Positions 1 through 9,949 of a stretch of 64,000 bases of DNA are shown here, piece by piece (position 1 is the stretch's first letter; the number at the start of each line of letters is the position of its first letter). The DNA lies in contig JBJLIP010000001.1 of NCBI GenBank assembly GCA_045563715.1, forward strand, positions 199,076 through 263,075, given 5' to 3'. The position numbers and the translations under genes are program-made. The notes below the pieces were generated by a model. That model was given only the letters and a program-made list of their open reading frames with translations, ran no database searches and was not told the origin of the DNA. This stretch comes from Gammaproteobacteria bacterium. GTDB lineage: Bacteria; Pseudomonadota; Gammaproteobacteria; Magnimaribacterales; D2472.

Positions 1-320
1 ATTTTTCCAGCTATAAATTCAAGATCTTGAGATTTTTCTTGATACTCTTTCTGCATCTCTTGGATCTCATCTTGTGATAATGTCTCTTGTTCCTTTTGTA
101 GTTTTTCAGCTATGGCCTGCATATCAGCTTGTAAAGTTTGAGCTTGTTCCATGTTTCCAGAAAAATCAGGATCTTCATCTAAGGCTTTAAAAGCATCGTT
201 AGCAGTTTGAGTTTCAAGAATTGCTTCTTGAAGGTTTATAACAGCAATACCCTCAACTGCAAATAATGGAGAAGCTACAAACAAAAATGTTAGCATGTAG
301 AATTTAATTATATTTTTCAT
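1..320 (-). CDS. skp: periplasmic chaperone Skp/OmpH, N-terminal part (CDS runs off the window start)
   Basis: Not in ORF track. My translation from the ATG at 318-320 gives MKNIIKFYMLTFLFVASPLFAVEGIAVINLQEAILETQTANDAFKALDED..., a signal peptide followed by a Q/E/K-rich helix. It lies directly downstream of bamA as in rseP-bamA-skp clusters. Confidence 0.6.
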   Translation of the reverse strand, partial: MKNIIKFYMLTFLFVASPLFAVEGIAVINLQEAILETQTANDAFKALDEDPDFSGNMEQAQTLQADMQAIAEKLQKEQETLSQDEIQEMQKEYQEKSQDLEFIAGK

Positions 321-356
321 ATTTACCCCTTTATGGATTTGATCATTTTATATTAA

Positions 357-2777
357 CTAGAATACATTTCCTACTGTAAATTGGAATTCTTCCGTTCTCT
401 CTCTTGGTCCTGCATTGGTTGGTTTTGCAATTGCTAAACTCATTGGACCAAATCCAGTTATCCATGTAATACCAACACCATAAGAGTATCTCAAGTCATC
501 AACAGATGGTTTATAGCAATTTATTTGATAATCTTTACAGTTATCAGAAAATACATTTCCAAAATCAAAGAAAAATGCTGATCTCAAAGATCTTTGATCT
601 TCGATAAATGGTAATCTAAAGATAAGCTGTAAGCTCCCTTCTACCTTTATGTTGCCACCTATTGGTGCATCTCTATATCGTGAGGTTTGATTTGCATATG
701 GATTGTAATATGGCGTGTCTAGCTCTCCATCACCATCTGAATCTATAAGATTTGGGCAAATACCTTCTGAATAATTAAACTCATAGCACGGAGCATCTGT
801 GCTTCTAGGACCAAGTGTGTTTGATTCAAAACCTCTTAAAGATCTTGGACCGCCAGCGTAAAAGTTCTGAAAAAACGGAACTTCTTTAGTATCGCCATAT
901 GAATCTAAATAACCGAGCTCACCTTGAAAGCCAAAAACTAAGTCTTTTGTTAGAGGTTGATAATACCTTTGTCTTACATTTAATCTGTAATAACTTAAAT
1001 CACTTCCTGGAATTGTTGAGCTAACACTAAGAACAGTAGACGCACCATCAGTCGGAAACAAGCCCCTATTCAAAGTAACCCTTTGCCATGATAACTGCGC
1101 TGTCAGAGTTTCAAATAGGTTTCCTTCAACTGAAACAAAATCATATATCTCTCTAGCAGGAAGGCTTCCTATATCAATATCAGTTTTATCATATGTGATA
1201 TTAAATCCTAGCCTTGTAATATCAGATATAGGGTAACCAAATTGGGCGCCAAAACCACTTGAATTGGTTAGGTAATTTGCAACATTAAACTCACCATAAT
1301 CTGTTTCTCTGTAATAAAGGTTGTAACCTAAACTTACACCATCTCTCGTGGCATATGGATTCATGTAAGAAATGTTATACATTTCGCTATAAACATTTTT
1401 ATTGATTCCAATACCAACAGTATTACCACTGCCCAAAAAGTTTTGTTCTTGAAGATTGAATCCAAGCATAAGACCAAAGTCACTATAACCTATGTTTCCT
1501 CCAATGCTTCCTGTTGTTTCTTCTTCGACACTATAAATAATATCAATTTGGTCATCTGTACCAGGAACAGGAATGGTTTCTACATTTACTTCTTTAAAAT
1601 AACCAAGTCTTTCAAGTCTAATTTTGCCAGCTTCTATAGCATTATCTGATGACCAAGCACCTTCAAACTGCCTCATCTCTCTTCTAAGAACATGATCTTG
1701 TGTAACGTTGTTGCCTGTAAATAATATTTTTCTTGTGTAAGTCCTGTTTCCAGGCTCTACAGAAAAAATTAATTTAACTTCATTAGTATCTTCATTAATT
1801 TCAGGATTTCCAAAAACTTCTGCAAAAGCATAACCCCTATTTCCTAAAACATTTGTAAAGAACTCTTCAATTGAAGTGATTGCAGCTTGAGAATATGTTG
1901 TATCTTTAAGACTTCCAACTATATCTTTGTAAACCTCTTCATCAAATGGCACATCACCAATAACGTCAACATCATTAATCTTATATTTTTTACCTTCGTT
2001 GACATTAAAAGTTATAAAAATTGATTTCTTATCCCTTGATAAACTTATTTGTGAAGATTCAATTGAAAATTTTAGGTATCCTCTATCTCTATAAAATGAC
2101 TCAAGTGATTCTATGTCACCCTTTAGTTTCTCTCTTGAGTATTGATTATCATTTGAAAGAAATGAGAAAAAGGATCCTTCTGATAGCTCAAAACCATCTA
2201 TTAATTCTTCATTAGTATATATTTCATTACCAATAATATTTATCTTCTTAATCTTTGCACTTTTACCTTCATCTACTTCTATATTGATCTCAATCCGATT
2301 TCTTGGTTTGACCACCTCTTCTATTTCTACTCCAGCACCATATCTACCATTTGATGCATAAGACCTTACAAGCTCTGATTTCACTCTTTCTAAAGTAGAT
2401 CTTTTATAAACTTCGCCCTCTTTAATTCCAACGCCATCAAGACTTTCCATAAGCTGTTCAGTTTTAAGAGCTTTATTTCCTGATATATCTATTGCAGATA
2501 TCGATGGTCTTTCTGCTACAGTTATTATTAAGGTATTGCCGTCTTTGCCGATTTGAATATCATCAAACTGCTCTGTAGAAAATAATGACCTGACAATGTC
2601 ATTGGACTTTCTTGAGTCAATCTTGTCACCAACACTAATTGGAATCACATTAAAAATACTTCCAGTTGAAACCCTTTGAAGTCCGATTATTCTAATATCA
2701 CTTACTAAAAATTCATCAAAAGCATGTATCTGAATACTTAATAATAATGAAAGAAGTATTGGTTTTATTTTTTTCAC
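357..2777 (-). CDS. bamA: outer membrane protein assembly factor BamA
   Basis: 806 aa with a signal peptide, POTRA repeats and a beta-barrel carrying the loop-6 RGF motif (SLRGFESN). It ends in a C-terminal aromatic (...FQFTVGNVF) and sits between rseP and skp. Confidence 0.95.
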   Translation of the reverse strand: MKKIKPILLSLLLSIQIHAFDEFLVSDIRIIGLQRVSTGSIFNVIPISVGDKIDSRKSNDIVRSLFSTEQFDDIQIGKDGNTLIITVAERPSISAIDISGNKALKTEQLMESLDGVGIKEGEVYKRSTLERVKSELVRSYASNGRYGAGVEIEEVVKPRNRIEINIEVDEGKSAKIKKINIIGNEIYTNEELIDGFELSEGSFFSFLSNDNQYSREKLKGDIESLESFYRDRGYLKFSIESSQISLSRDKKSIFITFNVNEGKKYKINDVDVIGDVPFDEEVYKDIVGSLKDTTYSQAAITSIEEFFTNVLGNRGYAFAEVFGNPEINEDTNEVKLIFSVEPGNRTYTRKILFTGNNVTQDHVLRREMRQFEGAWSSDNAIEAGKIRLERLGYFKEVNVETIPVPGTDDQIDIIYSVEEETTGSIGGNIGYSDFGLMLGFNLQEQNFLGSGNTVGIGINKNVYSEMYNISYMNPYATRDGVSLGYNLYYRETDYGEFNVANYLTNSSGFGAQFGYPISDITRLGFNITYDKTDIDIGSLPAREIYDFVSVEGNLFETLTAQLSWQRVTLNRGLFPTDGASTVLSVSSTIPGSDLSYYRLNVRQRYYQPLTKDLVFGFQGELGYLDSYGDTKEVPFFQNFYAGGPRSLRGFESNTLGPRSTDAPCYEFNYSEGICPNLIDSDGDGELDTPYYNPYANQTSRYRDAPIGGNIKVEGSLQLIFRLPFIEDQRSLRSAFFFDFGNVFSDNCKDYQINCYKPSVDDLRYSYGVGITWITGFGPMSLAIAKPTNAGPRERTEEFQFTVGNVF

Positions 2778-2787
2778 TATTTAAACC

Positions 2788-4161
2788 CTAGAAAAACCTT
2801 GCAACATCGTTAAATACTGCAAAAACCATAAGCATAACAACAAGAACAGCTCCACCAGTATAAATAATATTCTCAGCTTTTTCTGGCAATGGTTTTCCTC
2901 TGATAGCCTCGACACCAAGTAAAGTTAATTGACCTCCATCAAGAACTGGAATGGGAAGCAAATTTAAAACGGCCAAACTTATACTTAAAAGTCCCATTAG
3001 GTATATAAAAGGTGCTATACCGGCTTGAGCTGTATTACCTGCCATTTGAGCAATACCTATTGGACCACTTAAATTTTCTGTACCCACGTTGCCGGTTATC
3101 ATTTTACCGATAAGCTGGAGGGTCTTAATACTTAAGTTATATGTCTCATATATGCCTATCGATAATGCTTCAAAAAAATTACGAGACTCTCTAAAGGATA
3201 CTCCAAGAACCCCTTTGCCATTTTGTGAACCGATGTTTACCGGCAAGTATAGAATTTCATTATTTCTATCAATTTTAAATTCTAAGTTCGTATTTGGGTT
3301 TTGTTGGACTACATTTACAATATCTTCAGCAAAATAAATATTTTCACTTGCGATTTCTAAGACTATATCACCTGGTTTAATTTCTGCATTATATGCAGCA
3401 CCTTGATCAACAATAGCCCCAATTACAGGATTATTTTTGAATGTGATATCTACTCCCAAATACTGTCCTAAATATTTTACAGGATCTTCTTGTGACTCCG
3501 TTGAATTCAAAAAGTTATCAACTGAAAATACTAAATTAACTGGCTCATTTTCTGAAGCTCTATTAACTGAAAAATTGATGACGCCTGAATACCCAGCATA
3601 AGTTAAGAGCTCTAAACTAAAATCTTTTTTACTTCTTATTTGTGTATTGTTAATAGATAAAATTTTATCATTTGGCAAAAAAACATTTTGTGAGGAGGTA
3701 TTTTCATCTTTGCTCAAAACATCTGATATAACCGGCACTTCTTGAGGATCAACTAATGTTGCTACAGGGCCATTTGACATAATAAGACCAGCAAAAATAC
3801 ATATTGAGAGAAGAAAGTTTGCAAGCGGTCCTGCAAACATAATAGATGCTCTTTGCCATTTTGGCTTAGAGTCAAAGGTATTCTTTAGTTGTTCCTCCGT
3901 TAAATCTTTAACAGAATCAGGCTCAGCTTCTATTAATTTATTTGTAATCATTGATACGTATCCGCCTAGTGGCACTGCTGATAAAGCAAACTCTGTACCA
4001 TGCTTATCGTACTTTTTGTAAAATACTGGCCCCATTCCAACAGAAAATCTTTGAACATGAACCTTGCACATCCTAGCAACAATAAAATGCCCGAACTCAT
4101 GAATTGTTACTAATACTCCCAAAAGTACTAAAAATGATCCTATGTAAATAATTGTTGTCAT
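2788..4161 (-). CDS. rseP: RIP zinc metalloprotease RseP (site-2 protease)
   Basis: HEFGHF (HExxH) in the first TM, a central PDZ region and the NLLPIPVLDGG motif. Conserved position upstream of bamA. Confidence 0.9.
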   Translation of the reverse strand: MTTIIYIGSFLVLLGVLVTIHEFGHFIVARMCKVHVQRFSVGMGPVFYKKYDKHGTEFALSAVPLGGYVSMITNKLIEAEPDSVKDLTEEQLKNTFDSKPKWQRASIMFAGPLANFLLSICIFAGLIMSNGPVATLVDPQEVPVISDVLSKDENTSSQNVFLPNDKILSINNTQIRSKKDFSLELLTYAGYSGVINFSVNRASENEPVNLVFSVDNFLNSTESQEDPVKYLGQYLGVDITFKNNPVIGAIVDQGAAYNAEIKPGDIVLEIASENIYFAEDIVNVVQQNPNTNLEFKIDRNNEILYLPVNIGSQNGKGVLGVSFRESRNFFEALSIGIYETYNLSIKTLQLIGKMITGNVGTENLSGPIGIAQMAGNTAQAGIAPFIYLMGLLSISLAVLNLLPIPVLDGGQLTLLGVEAIRGKPLPEKAENIIYTGGAVLVVMLMVFAVFNDVARFF

Positions 4162-4171
4162 ATATACTTAA

Positions 4172-5320
4172 TTAATTGAGGGATTTTACCACCTTCTTTG
4201 CTTCAATGCGTGTCTGCATATCAATATCGTTAATTGATTCTAAAGACAAAACATTAGACACATCATTTCTATCAAAAGTTCTATAGATGACCTCATAAAT
4301 ATTATCAAATTTTATTTCCCCATTTATGAAGCATTCAACTGCAATCTCATTGGCTGCATTGAAAACCGTCCCAAGGTTACTTCCTTTGTTGCATACTTCT
4401 CGAGCAATATTTTGAATCTCCATTCTGTCTCGAGGGAATTCTTGGAATGTTAAGTTTAATGAGGTGAAATCAAGCGAATGAAAATCGATTGGAAGCCTGT
4501 TACTTCCAGATAAAGCATGGGCTATTGGAACCTTCATGTCTGGAGAGCTCATCTGACAAATACTTGATCCATCAATATAGGTAACTATTGAATGAATTAT
4601 GCTTTGAGGATGAACGACTAAATCAAAAAATTTTTCATCAAGATTAAATAAATATTTTGCTTCTATTAGTTCTAAACACTTGTTTACTAATGTTGCTGAA
4701 TCTATAGTTACCTTATTACCCATTTTCCAATTCGGATGATTTAATGCTTCATTTTTAGTTACGTTCTTTAAGTCAGAAATTGCATAATTTAAGAAAGGTC
4801 CACCTGAAGCAGTAATAGTTATCTTTTGAACGTCTTCTGTGCCTCTCTCACCAGATAAGCATTGGAAGATTGCATTATGTTCACTATCGATAGGTATGAT
4901 TTCTGAATTATTTTCTTTGGCTAATGGAAGAATTAAGTCGCCTCCAGCAACTATACTTTCTTTATTGGCTAATAATATCTTTTTACCGGTGCTTGCAGCT
5001 ATATAAGCAGCCTTTAGGCCTGCAAAACCAGAAATAGCACAAACTATAATATCAATATCCTTATGGTTAATTATATTTTCAAGATCTGTGGTGCTATTAA
5101 AATAAGAACAATCTTCTAACTTTTCTATCTTGTTATATTCTGCTGGATCATTGATGTGTGCATATGATGGAGAGAATTCTTTTATTATTTCTTTACCTTT
5201 AGCAATATTATGATTAAAAGAAATTCCTAATAGATTTAACTTATCATTATTTTGCTTTATAACACTGAGAACGTTATCTCCAATACTTCCAGTTGCACCA
5301 AGTAATAAAATATTTTTCAT
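4172..5320 (-). CDS. dxr: 1-deoxy-D-xylulose 5-phosphate reductoisomerase
   Basis: N-terminal LLGATGSIG NADPH motif, 382 aa, in the dxr-cdsA-uppS-frr-pyrH-tsf-rpsB synteny. Confidence 0.95.
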   Translation of the reverse strand: MKNILLLGATGSIGDNVLSVIKQNNDKLNLLGISFNHNIAKGKEIIKEFSPSYAHINDPAEYNKIEKLEDCSYFNSTTDLENIINHKDIDIIVCAISGFAGLKAAYIAASTGKKILLANKESIVAGGDLILPLAKENNSEIIPIDSEHNAIFQCLSGERGTEDVQKITITASGGPFLNYAISDLKNVTKNEALNHPNWKMGNKVTIDSATLVNKCLELIEAKYLFNLDEKFFDLVVHPQSIIHSIVTYIDGSSICQMSSPDMKVPIAHALSGSNRLPIDFHSLDFTSLNLTFQEFPRDRMEIQNIAREVCNKGSNLGTVFNAANEIAVECFINGEIKFDNIYEVIYRTFDRNDVSNVLSLESINDIDMQTRIEAKKVVKSLN

Positions 5321-5997
5321 GTCAAAAATATTGTTAGTATGATGGTGATTGGGGTTGCTAATAGATGAGAGTCCAATCTATCAAGTATTCCTCCATGGCC
5401 AGGTAATAAAGTGCCTGTATCTTTGATATTTTGCTCTCTTTTATGGAAACTTATAAAAAGGTCACCTATAAATGCTAGTGCACTCCCAAGCAAATATATC
5501 AATATAATCCACAAGCTCAGATCGAATAAATTAGCAATAAAAACACTAAATAGTATTGATCCCAATAATCCCCCCACTAAGCCCTCCCATGTTTTATTTG
5601 GACTGATGCTTGGAGCTATAGGCTTCTTACCAATCATTGATCCAGAAATATATGCTGCTGTATCAAATATGGCTGTATTAGATATTGATATTAAGAATAT
5701 TACATAAAAAGATACTATGGATTCTTCTGACAAGTCTGATGCTTTGTTAAAAATAAAATCGCCTGCTGTTAATATAATTAGCAACCAAAAATAACTAAAT
5801 ATTAAATTAAATCCCCACAACACAGGATGCCTGAATTCATTCTTTATCCACTCGTAATAAGCCAATAAACTAATTACAGAAACAGTGACAGCAAATAACC
5901 AAAAATTTTCATAAAAGATTATTAAAATTATAGGCAAAATCATAGCTAGGGCTGTAAGCGCTCTTCTGAATAAATCTTTGCTATATTCTTTTTCCAA
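5317..5997 (-). CDS. cdsA: phosphatidate cytidylyltransferase (compact, 226 aa)
   Basis: Multi-TM protein with the C-terminal signature GDLFISFHKREQNIKDTGTLLPGHGGILDRLDS. The called start is TTG, so the start is uncertain. Overlaps uppS by 17 nt. Confidence 0.8.
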   Translation of the reverse strand: MEKEYSKDLFRRALTALAMILPIILIIFYENFWLFAVTVSVISLLAYYEWIKNEFRHPVLWGFNLIFSYFWLLIILTAGDFIFNKASDLSEESIVSFYVIFLISISNTAIFDTAAYISGSMIGKKPIAPSISPNKTWEGLVGGLLGSILFSVFIANLFDLSLWIILIYLLGSALAFIGDLFISFHKREQNIKDTGTLLPGHGGILDRLDSHLLATPITIILTIFLT

Positions 5998-6706
5998 ACC
6001 TTCTACTCACATTTTTAAAACTATCCAAACAATTAACAAAATCTGCACCAGTAAAATCTGGCCAGAATTTATCTATAAACATAATTTCAGCATATGCTAT
6101 TTGATATAAAAGAAAGTTGCTAATTCTTTTATCTCCCCCTGTCCTAATTAACAAATCAATTTCATCAACTGGTACAGATGAAAAATTATTAATTGATTCT
6201 TTTGTGATATTGTTTAAATCCATATTCCCAGAGGATACTTCTTCTGAAACCTTAATAACTATATCAAGAATATCTTGTTGGCCCCCATAACCTAAAGCAA
6301 TATTGAGATCTAACTGAGATTTTTCAACATATGTTTCACTTTCAGCAAAAAATATTTTTTGTTGAATTTTCTTTCCAAAATCCTCCAAGCCGCCAAAAAA
6401 TTTTAATTTAACTTTCTTTTCTTTAAGCTCTGGAACTTGCTCATTAATTGCTTCGATTACAAGCCTTTTTATAGCGCTTATTTCTCTTTTAGGTCTTTGC
6501 CAATTTTCTGAACTAAATGCATACAGAGTAAGGGACTGAATACCGCGCTTAACTGCCTCCTCGACAATATCTTTGACAATATTTACACCTTTTTTATGCC
6601 CTTCACTGATTTTCAAAGAATTATTCATGGCCCATCTTCCATTGCCATCCATAATTATCCCAATATTTTTAGGATAATGTATGTTGTCATTTTGGCTATT
6701 TGCCAT
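5981..6706 (-). CDS. uppS: undecaprenyl diphosphate synthase
   Basis: IIMDGNGRWA and RTGGDKRISNFLLYQ motifs of cis-prenyltransferases. Confidence 0.95.
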   Translation of the reverse strand: MANSQNDNIHYPKNIGIIMDGNGRWAMNNSLKISEGHKKGVNIVKDIVEEAVKRGIQSLTLYAFSSENWQRPKREISAIKRLVIEAINEQVPELKEKKVKLKFFGGLEDFGKKIQQKIFFAESETYVEKSQLDLNIALGYGGQQDILDIVIKVSEEVSSGNMDLNNITKESINNFSSVPVDEIDLLIRTGGDKRISNFLLYQIAYAEIMFIDKFWPDFTGADFVNCLDSFKNVSRRFGKRI

Positions 6707-6715
6707 TTTGGATCT

Positions 6716-7270
6716 CTAAATTTCTAATAAATCTGATTCTTTATTTTTCAATTCAGTGTCGACGATTGAAATGAATTTATCAGTTTCTTTCTGAATAAGA
6801 TCCTCAAGTCTTCTTTGATCATCTTCAGATATTTCAGACGCTTGTTGTTGATCCTTTGCAGATTGGTTTGCATCTCTTCTAATATTCCTAATTGAAACCC
6901 TTGAATTTTCAGCTTCTGCTCTAGCTTGTTTGATGTAATCTTGTCTAGTTTCTTCGGTTAAAGCTGGCATCGTAACCCTAATTAAGTCTGAACTAGTACT
7001 GGGATTCAAACCAAGATCTGAAGTATGTATAGCTTTCTCGATTTCTGGAATTAGATTCTTGTCCCATGGAGATATAACCAACGATCTGCCCTCCTCAACA
7101 CTTATATTAGAAGTTTGATTGATAGGAGTCAGATTTCCATAATAATCAACTTTAACATCATCCAGGATAGATGGATTTGCTCTACCAGTTCTAATTTTAT
7201 TAAAGGCATTTCTTAAGGCGGATACAGATTTATCCATCTTATCTGAAACATCATTTATTAAACTTTGCAT
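6716..7270 (-). CDS. frr: ribosome recycling factor
   Basis: 184 aa, RRF-like throughout (..KIRTGRANPSILD..), in the pyrH-frr position. Confidence 0.95.
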   Translation of the reverse strand: MQSLINDVSDKMDKSVSALRNAFNKIRTGRANPSILDDVKVDYYGNLTPINQTSNISVEEGRSLVISPWDKNLIPEIEKAIHTSDLGLNPSTSSDLIRVTMPALTEETRQDYIKQARAEAENSRVSIRNIRRDANQSAKDQQQASEISEDDQRRLEDLIQKETDKFISIVDTELKNKESDLLEI

Positions 7271-7271
7271 A

Positions 7272-7985
7272 TTAACTTAGTAGTGTACCTATTTTTTTAC
7301 CGCAGATGATATCTTTTAGCGCATCATTCTTATTTACATTAAAAACATTTATTGGTAACGCATGGTCTCTTGCTAAAGTTAACGCTGTGGCATCCATCAC
7401 TTTAAGGTTTTTAGAAATAGCATCATCAAAAGAAAGGTTATCAAAAAATTTAGCATCATTATTTTTTTCAGGATCAGAATCATATACACCATCAACTCTG
7501 GTAGCTTTCAACATAAGATCAGATTGAGTCTCAATAGCCCTGAGACAACCTGCTGTATCTGTTGTAAAAAATGGATTTCCAGTACCTGCAGTGAAAATTA
7601 CTACATATCCATCACTTAAAAGCTGTATGGCTAACCTTCTATCATAATGTTCAACAATACCTGACATTGATATTGCAGACATAACACGTGTTTTGATTCC
7701 AGCTCTTTCAAGAGCGTCTCTAAAAGCAATACCATTCATCACAGTAGCTAGCATGCCCATGTGGTCGCCAGCGACTCTATCCATTCCTGCTTTGTTTAAT
7801 TTCTCACCCCTGAAAAGGTTACCACCACCTATGACTATGCCGATTTCTGCACCAATATCTTTGCAAGACTTTACAGATGCTGCCATATCATCAAGAATCA
7901 TTGGATCTATACCATGTTCATCATTTCCAGCAACTGATTCTCCGCTAAATTTTACCAGAACCCTTTTGTGCTTTAAATCAGACAT
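7272..7985 (-). CDS. pyrH: UMP kinase
   Basis: KRVLVKFSGE amino-acid-kinase N-terminus, 237 aa, in the tsf-pyrH-frr order. Confidence 0.95.
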   Translation of the reverse strand: MSDLKHKRVLVKFSGESVAGNDEHGIDPMILDDMAASVKSCKDIGAEIGIVIGGGNLFRGEKLNKAGMDRVAGDHMGMLATVMNGIAFRDALERAGIKTRVMSAISMSGIVEHYDRRLAIQLLSDGYVVIFTAGTGNPFFTTDTAGCLRAIETQSDLMLKATRVDGVYDSDPEKNNDAKFFDNLSFDDAISKNLKVMDATALTLARDHALPINVFNVNKNDALKDIICGKKIGTLLS

Positions 7986-7988
7986 AAT

Positions 7989-8846
7989 CTATTTTAATTG
8001 TTCAGCGACCTCTTCTGCAAAATCTTTAACCTCGACCTCAATACCTTCCCCAACTTTTAGTCTAGAAAAAGATACAATATCTGCATTATTCTGCGATAAA
8101 TAACCTTCAACAGTTACTTCTGAATCTTTAACAAAATCTTGAGATAACAAAGAAACTTCAGACAAGAACCTTTTAACTTTTCCTTCTACCATCTTATCCA
8201 TTATTTCTTGTGGCTTACCAGATTCTTTAGCTTGATTTTCGTATATAGCTCTTTCTCTATTGAGAACATCCTTGTCAATATCTTCTTCTGAGAGGCATAG
8301 AGGATTAAATGCTGAAACATGCATTGCGATATCCTTAGCAACCATTTCATTACCACCTTTAATAGTTGAAATTGAAGCTAATTTGGAATCAGAGTGAAGA
8401 TATAATCCAACATGCATATCTTGCTCAAATTCAACTGTACTAATTCTTCTTAATTGAATATTCTCGCCTATGGTTTGCACAAGAGCTTTTCTGTCATCTT
8501 CAAGGTTGGATTCACTTAAAGTTTCAATATCTGTAATTTTATTATTTGATATGTAGTCTCTAACCTTTTCTCCGAATGCTAAGAAATTTGAATCTTTGGC
8601 TGCAAAATCTGTTTCAGAGTTAATTTCAACTATAGTTGCATAACCATCACTTATTGATGTTACAAGAATTCCATCAGCTGCAACTCTTGATGATTTTTTT
8701 TCTGCCTTTAATGCACTATTTGATCGAAGTAAATCAAGAGCTTTCTCTAAATCACCTTCACATTCCACTAATGCTTTCTTGCAATCCATCATTGCAACGC
8801 CTGTCATTTCTCTTAGCTCTTTAACTTGTGCTGCTTTAATTTCCAT
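7989..8846 (-). CDS. tsf: elongation factor Ts
   Basis: N-terminal VKELREMTGVAMMDCKKAL UBA-like motif. Follows rpsB. Confidence 0.95.
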   Translation of the reverse strand: MEIKAAQVKELREMTGVAMMDCKKALVECEGDLEKALDLLRSNSALKAEKKSSRVAADGILVTSISDGYATIVEINSETDFAAKDSNFLAFGEKVRDYISNNKITDIETLSESNLEDDRKALVQTIGENIQLRRISTVEFEQDMHVGLYLHSDSKLASISTIKGGNEMVAKDIAMHVSAFNPLCLSEEDIDKDVLNRERAIYENQAKESGKPQEIMDKMVEGKVKRFLSEVSLLSQDFVKDSEVTVEGYLSQNNADIVSFSRLKVGEGIEVEVKDFAEEVAEQLK

Positions 8847-8848
8847 AT

Positions 8849-9811
8849 TTACTCACTCTTATCTTTATCCTTAGAATTTTCCTTCTTATCATCAAGACTT
8901 TCCTTGCTGTCAGCTGATTCCTCTGATTCTTTAACGTCTGTTTCAGCAACTACTTCTTCTGGTTCTTTAACATCTGTTTCAGCAACCATGTCTTTTGATT
9001 CTTTAACGTCTGTTTCAATAACTACTTCTTCTGGTTCTTTAATATCAGGAACTTCTTCAACAGGAACGCTATCCTCTTTTTTAACTTTCTGAATTACAGG
9101 CGTATCAGATTTTGGAGCAAAACCCTTAGATGATTCAATACCCCTTGCGCAAGATTCTGCTATAACCTTAGTAATTAATCTTATTGATCTAATAGCATCA
9201 TCATTGCCAGGAATAACCGTATCAATGCCGTCAGGATCTGAATTGGTATCAACTAGAGCTATTACAGGTATTCCCATTTTCTTTGCTTCAAGAACTGCAA
9301 TCTTTTCATACTTAACATCTATGACAAATATTGCATCAGGAAGACCTTTCATATCTTTGATGCCTCCTACACTTGCTTGAAGTTTTGAATGCTCTTTTTG
9401 AATTTCTACAGCTTCTTTTTTGATAAGTTTTTCAATCCTTCCAGAAGATATCATTTCTTCAATATCAATTAACCTTCTTATTGAACCTCTTATAGTCTTC
9501 CAATTTGTGAGAGTTCCACCAAGCCATCTTTTATCCACATAGGGTAACCCTATTTGAGAAGCTTCTTCTTTAATTGTCTTGCTTGCCGATCTTTTTGTAC
9601 CTACAAATAATATTTTATTACCTCTTGAACATATATCCTCAACCTTTGATGCAGCTGCACTTAGGTGTTCTTGAGTAAGTTCTAGATTGATAATGCTAAT
9701 TTGTTTTCTTGTGTCAAAGATAAATTCTTCCATTTTTGGGTTCCAAAACCTTTGTTGATGGCCGAAATGAACGCCTGCCTGAAGCAGGTCTTCTATTGAT
9801 ACTATGCTCAA
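8849..9811 (-). CDS. rpsB: 30S ribosomal protein S2 with a long acidic C-terminal extension
   Basis: [16 protein letters not shown] motif. TTG start with AAGGAG 8 nt upstream. 320 aa versus about 240 for typical S2. Confidence 0.95.
   Translation of the reverse strand: MSIVSIEDLLQAGVHFGHQQRFWNPKMEEFIFDTRKQISIINLELTQEHLSAAASKVEDICSRGNKILFVGTKRSASKTIKEEASQIGLPYVDKRWLGGTLTNWKTIRGSIRRLIDIEEMISSGRIEKLIKKEAVEIQKEHSKLQASVGGIKDMKGLPDAIFVIDVKYEKIAVLEAKKMGIPVIALVDTNSDPDGIDTVIPGNDDAIRSIRLITKVIAESCARGIESSKGFAPKSDTPVIQKVKKEDSVPVEEVPDIKEPEEVVIETDVKESKDMVAETDVKEPEEVVAETDVKESEESADSKESLDDKKENSKDKDKSE
8927..9052 (-). repeat. in-frame 36-nt tandem repeat (about 3.5 copies) inside the rpsB 3' end
   Basis: Units begin at 8927, 8963, 8999 and 9035 (ttctttaac[g/a]tctgtttca[gc/at]aac + 12 nt). 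They encode (P)EEVV(A/I)ETDVKE(S/P). Confidence 0.9.
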
Positions 9812-9920
9812 TTTAATTCTCCTTAGGGGTTATTCTCCGATTCATAATAAAGCTGACTTATAAAAGCACCCCAACTTTACAAAAACAGAATCTTCGTGTT
9901 AAAAGTCCGTGTATTCTATA

Positions 9921-9947
9921 GAAAAAATCTTTATTTTTAAAGATTTT
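9921..9947 (-). terminator. weak AT-rich hairpin plus U-run directly after the dapB stop
   Basis: Perfect inverted repeat aaaatcttta/taaagatttt (9924-9933 / 9938-9947) with a tttt loop. On the minus strand it is followed by a T-run. Only one G-C pair. Confidence 0.35.
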
Positions 9948-9949
9948 GT

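Noticed and set aside
669-800. Cys pair plus DSDGDGELD Ca-binding-like motif in a BamA surface loop
   Set aside because: It falls after the RGF motif, in the same loop-6 region where E. coli BamA also has a Cys pair. This is most simply lineage-specific loop variation, not an inserted domain.
7693-8103. 136-aa plus-strand ORF
   Set aside because: It is an antisense shadow across pyrH/tsf. The other short plus-strand ORFs inside bamA, rseP, cdsA, dnaK, grpE, uvrA, tuf and similar genes are rejected on the same logic.
8927-9052. 36-nt periodic repeat that could superficially resemble a tiny CRISPR array
   Set aside because: The units are directly abutting with no spacers, lie in frame within rpsB and encode a repeated peptide. 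This is a coding tandem repeat.
8826-9092. 88-aa Ser/Thr-rich repetitive ORF on the plus strand
   Set aside because: It is simply the reverse complement of the rpsB tandem repeat. Its repetitiveness is inherited from the sense-strand repeat.
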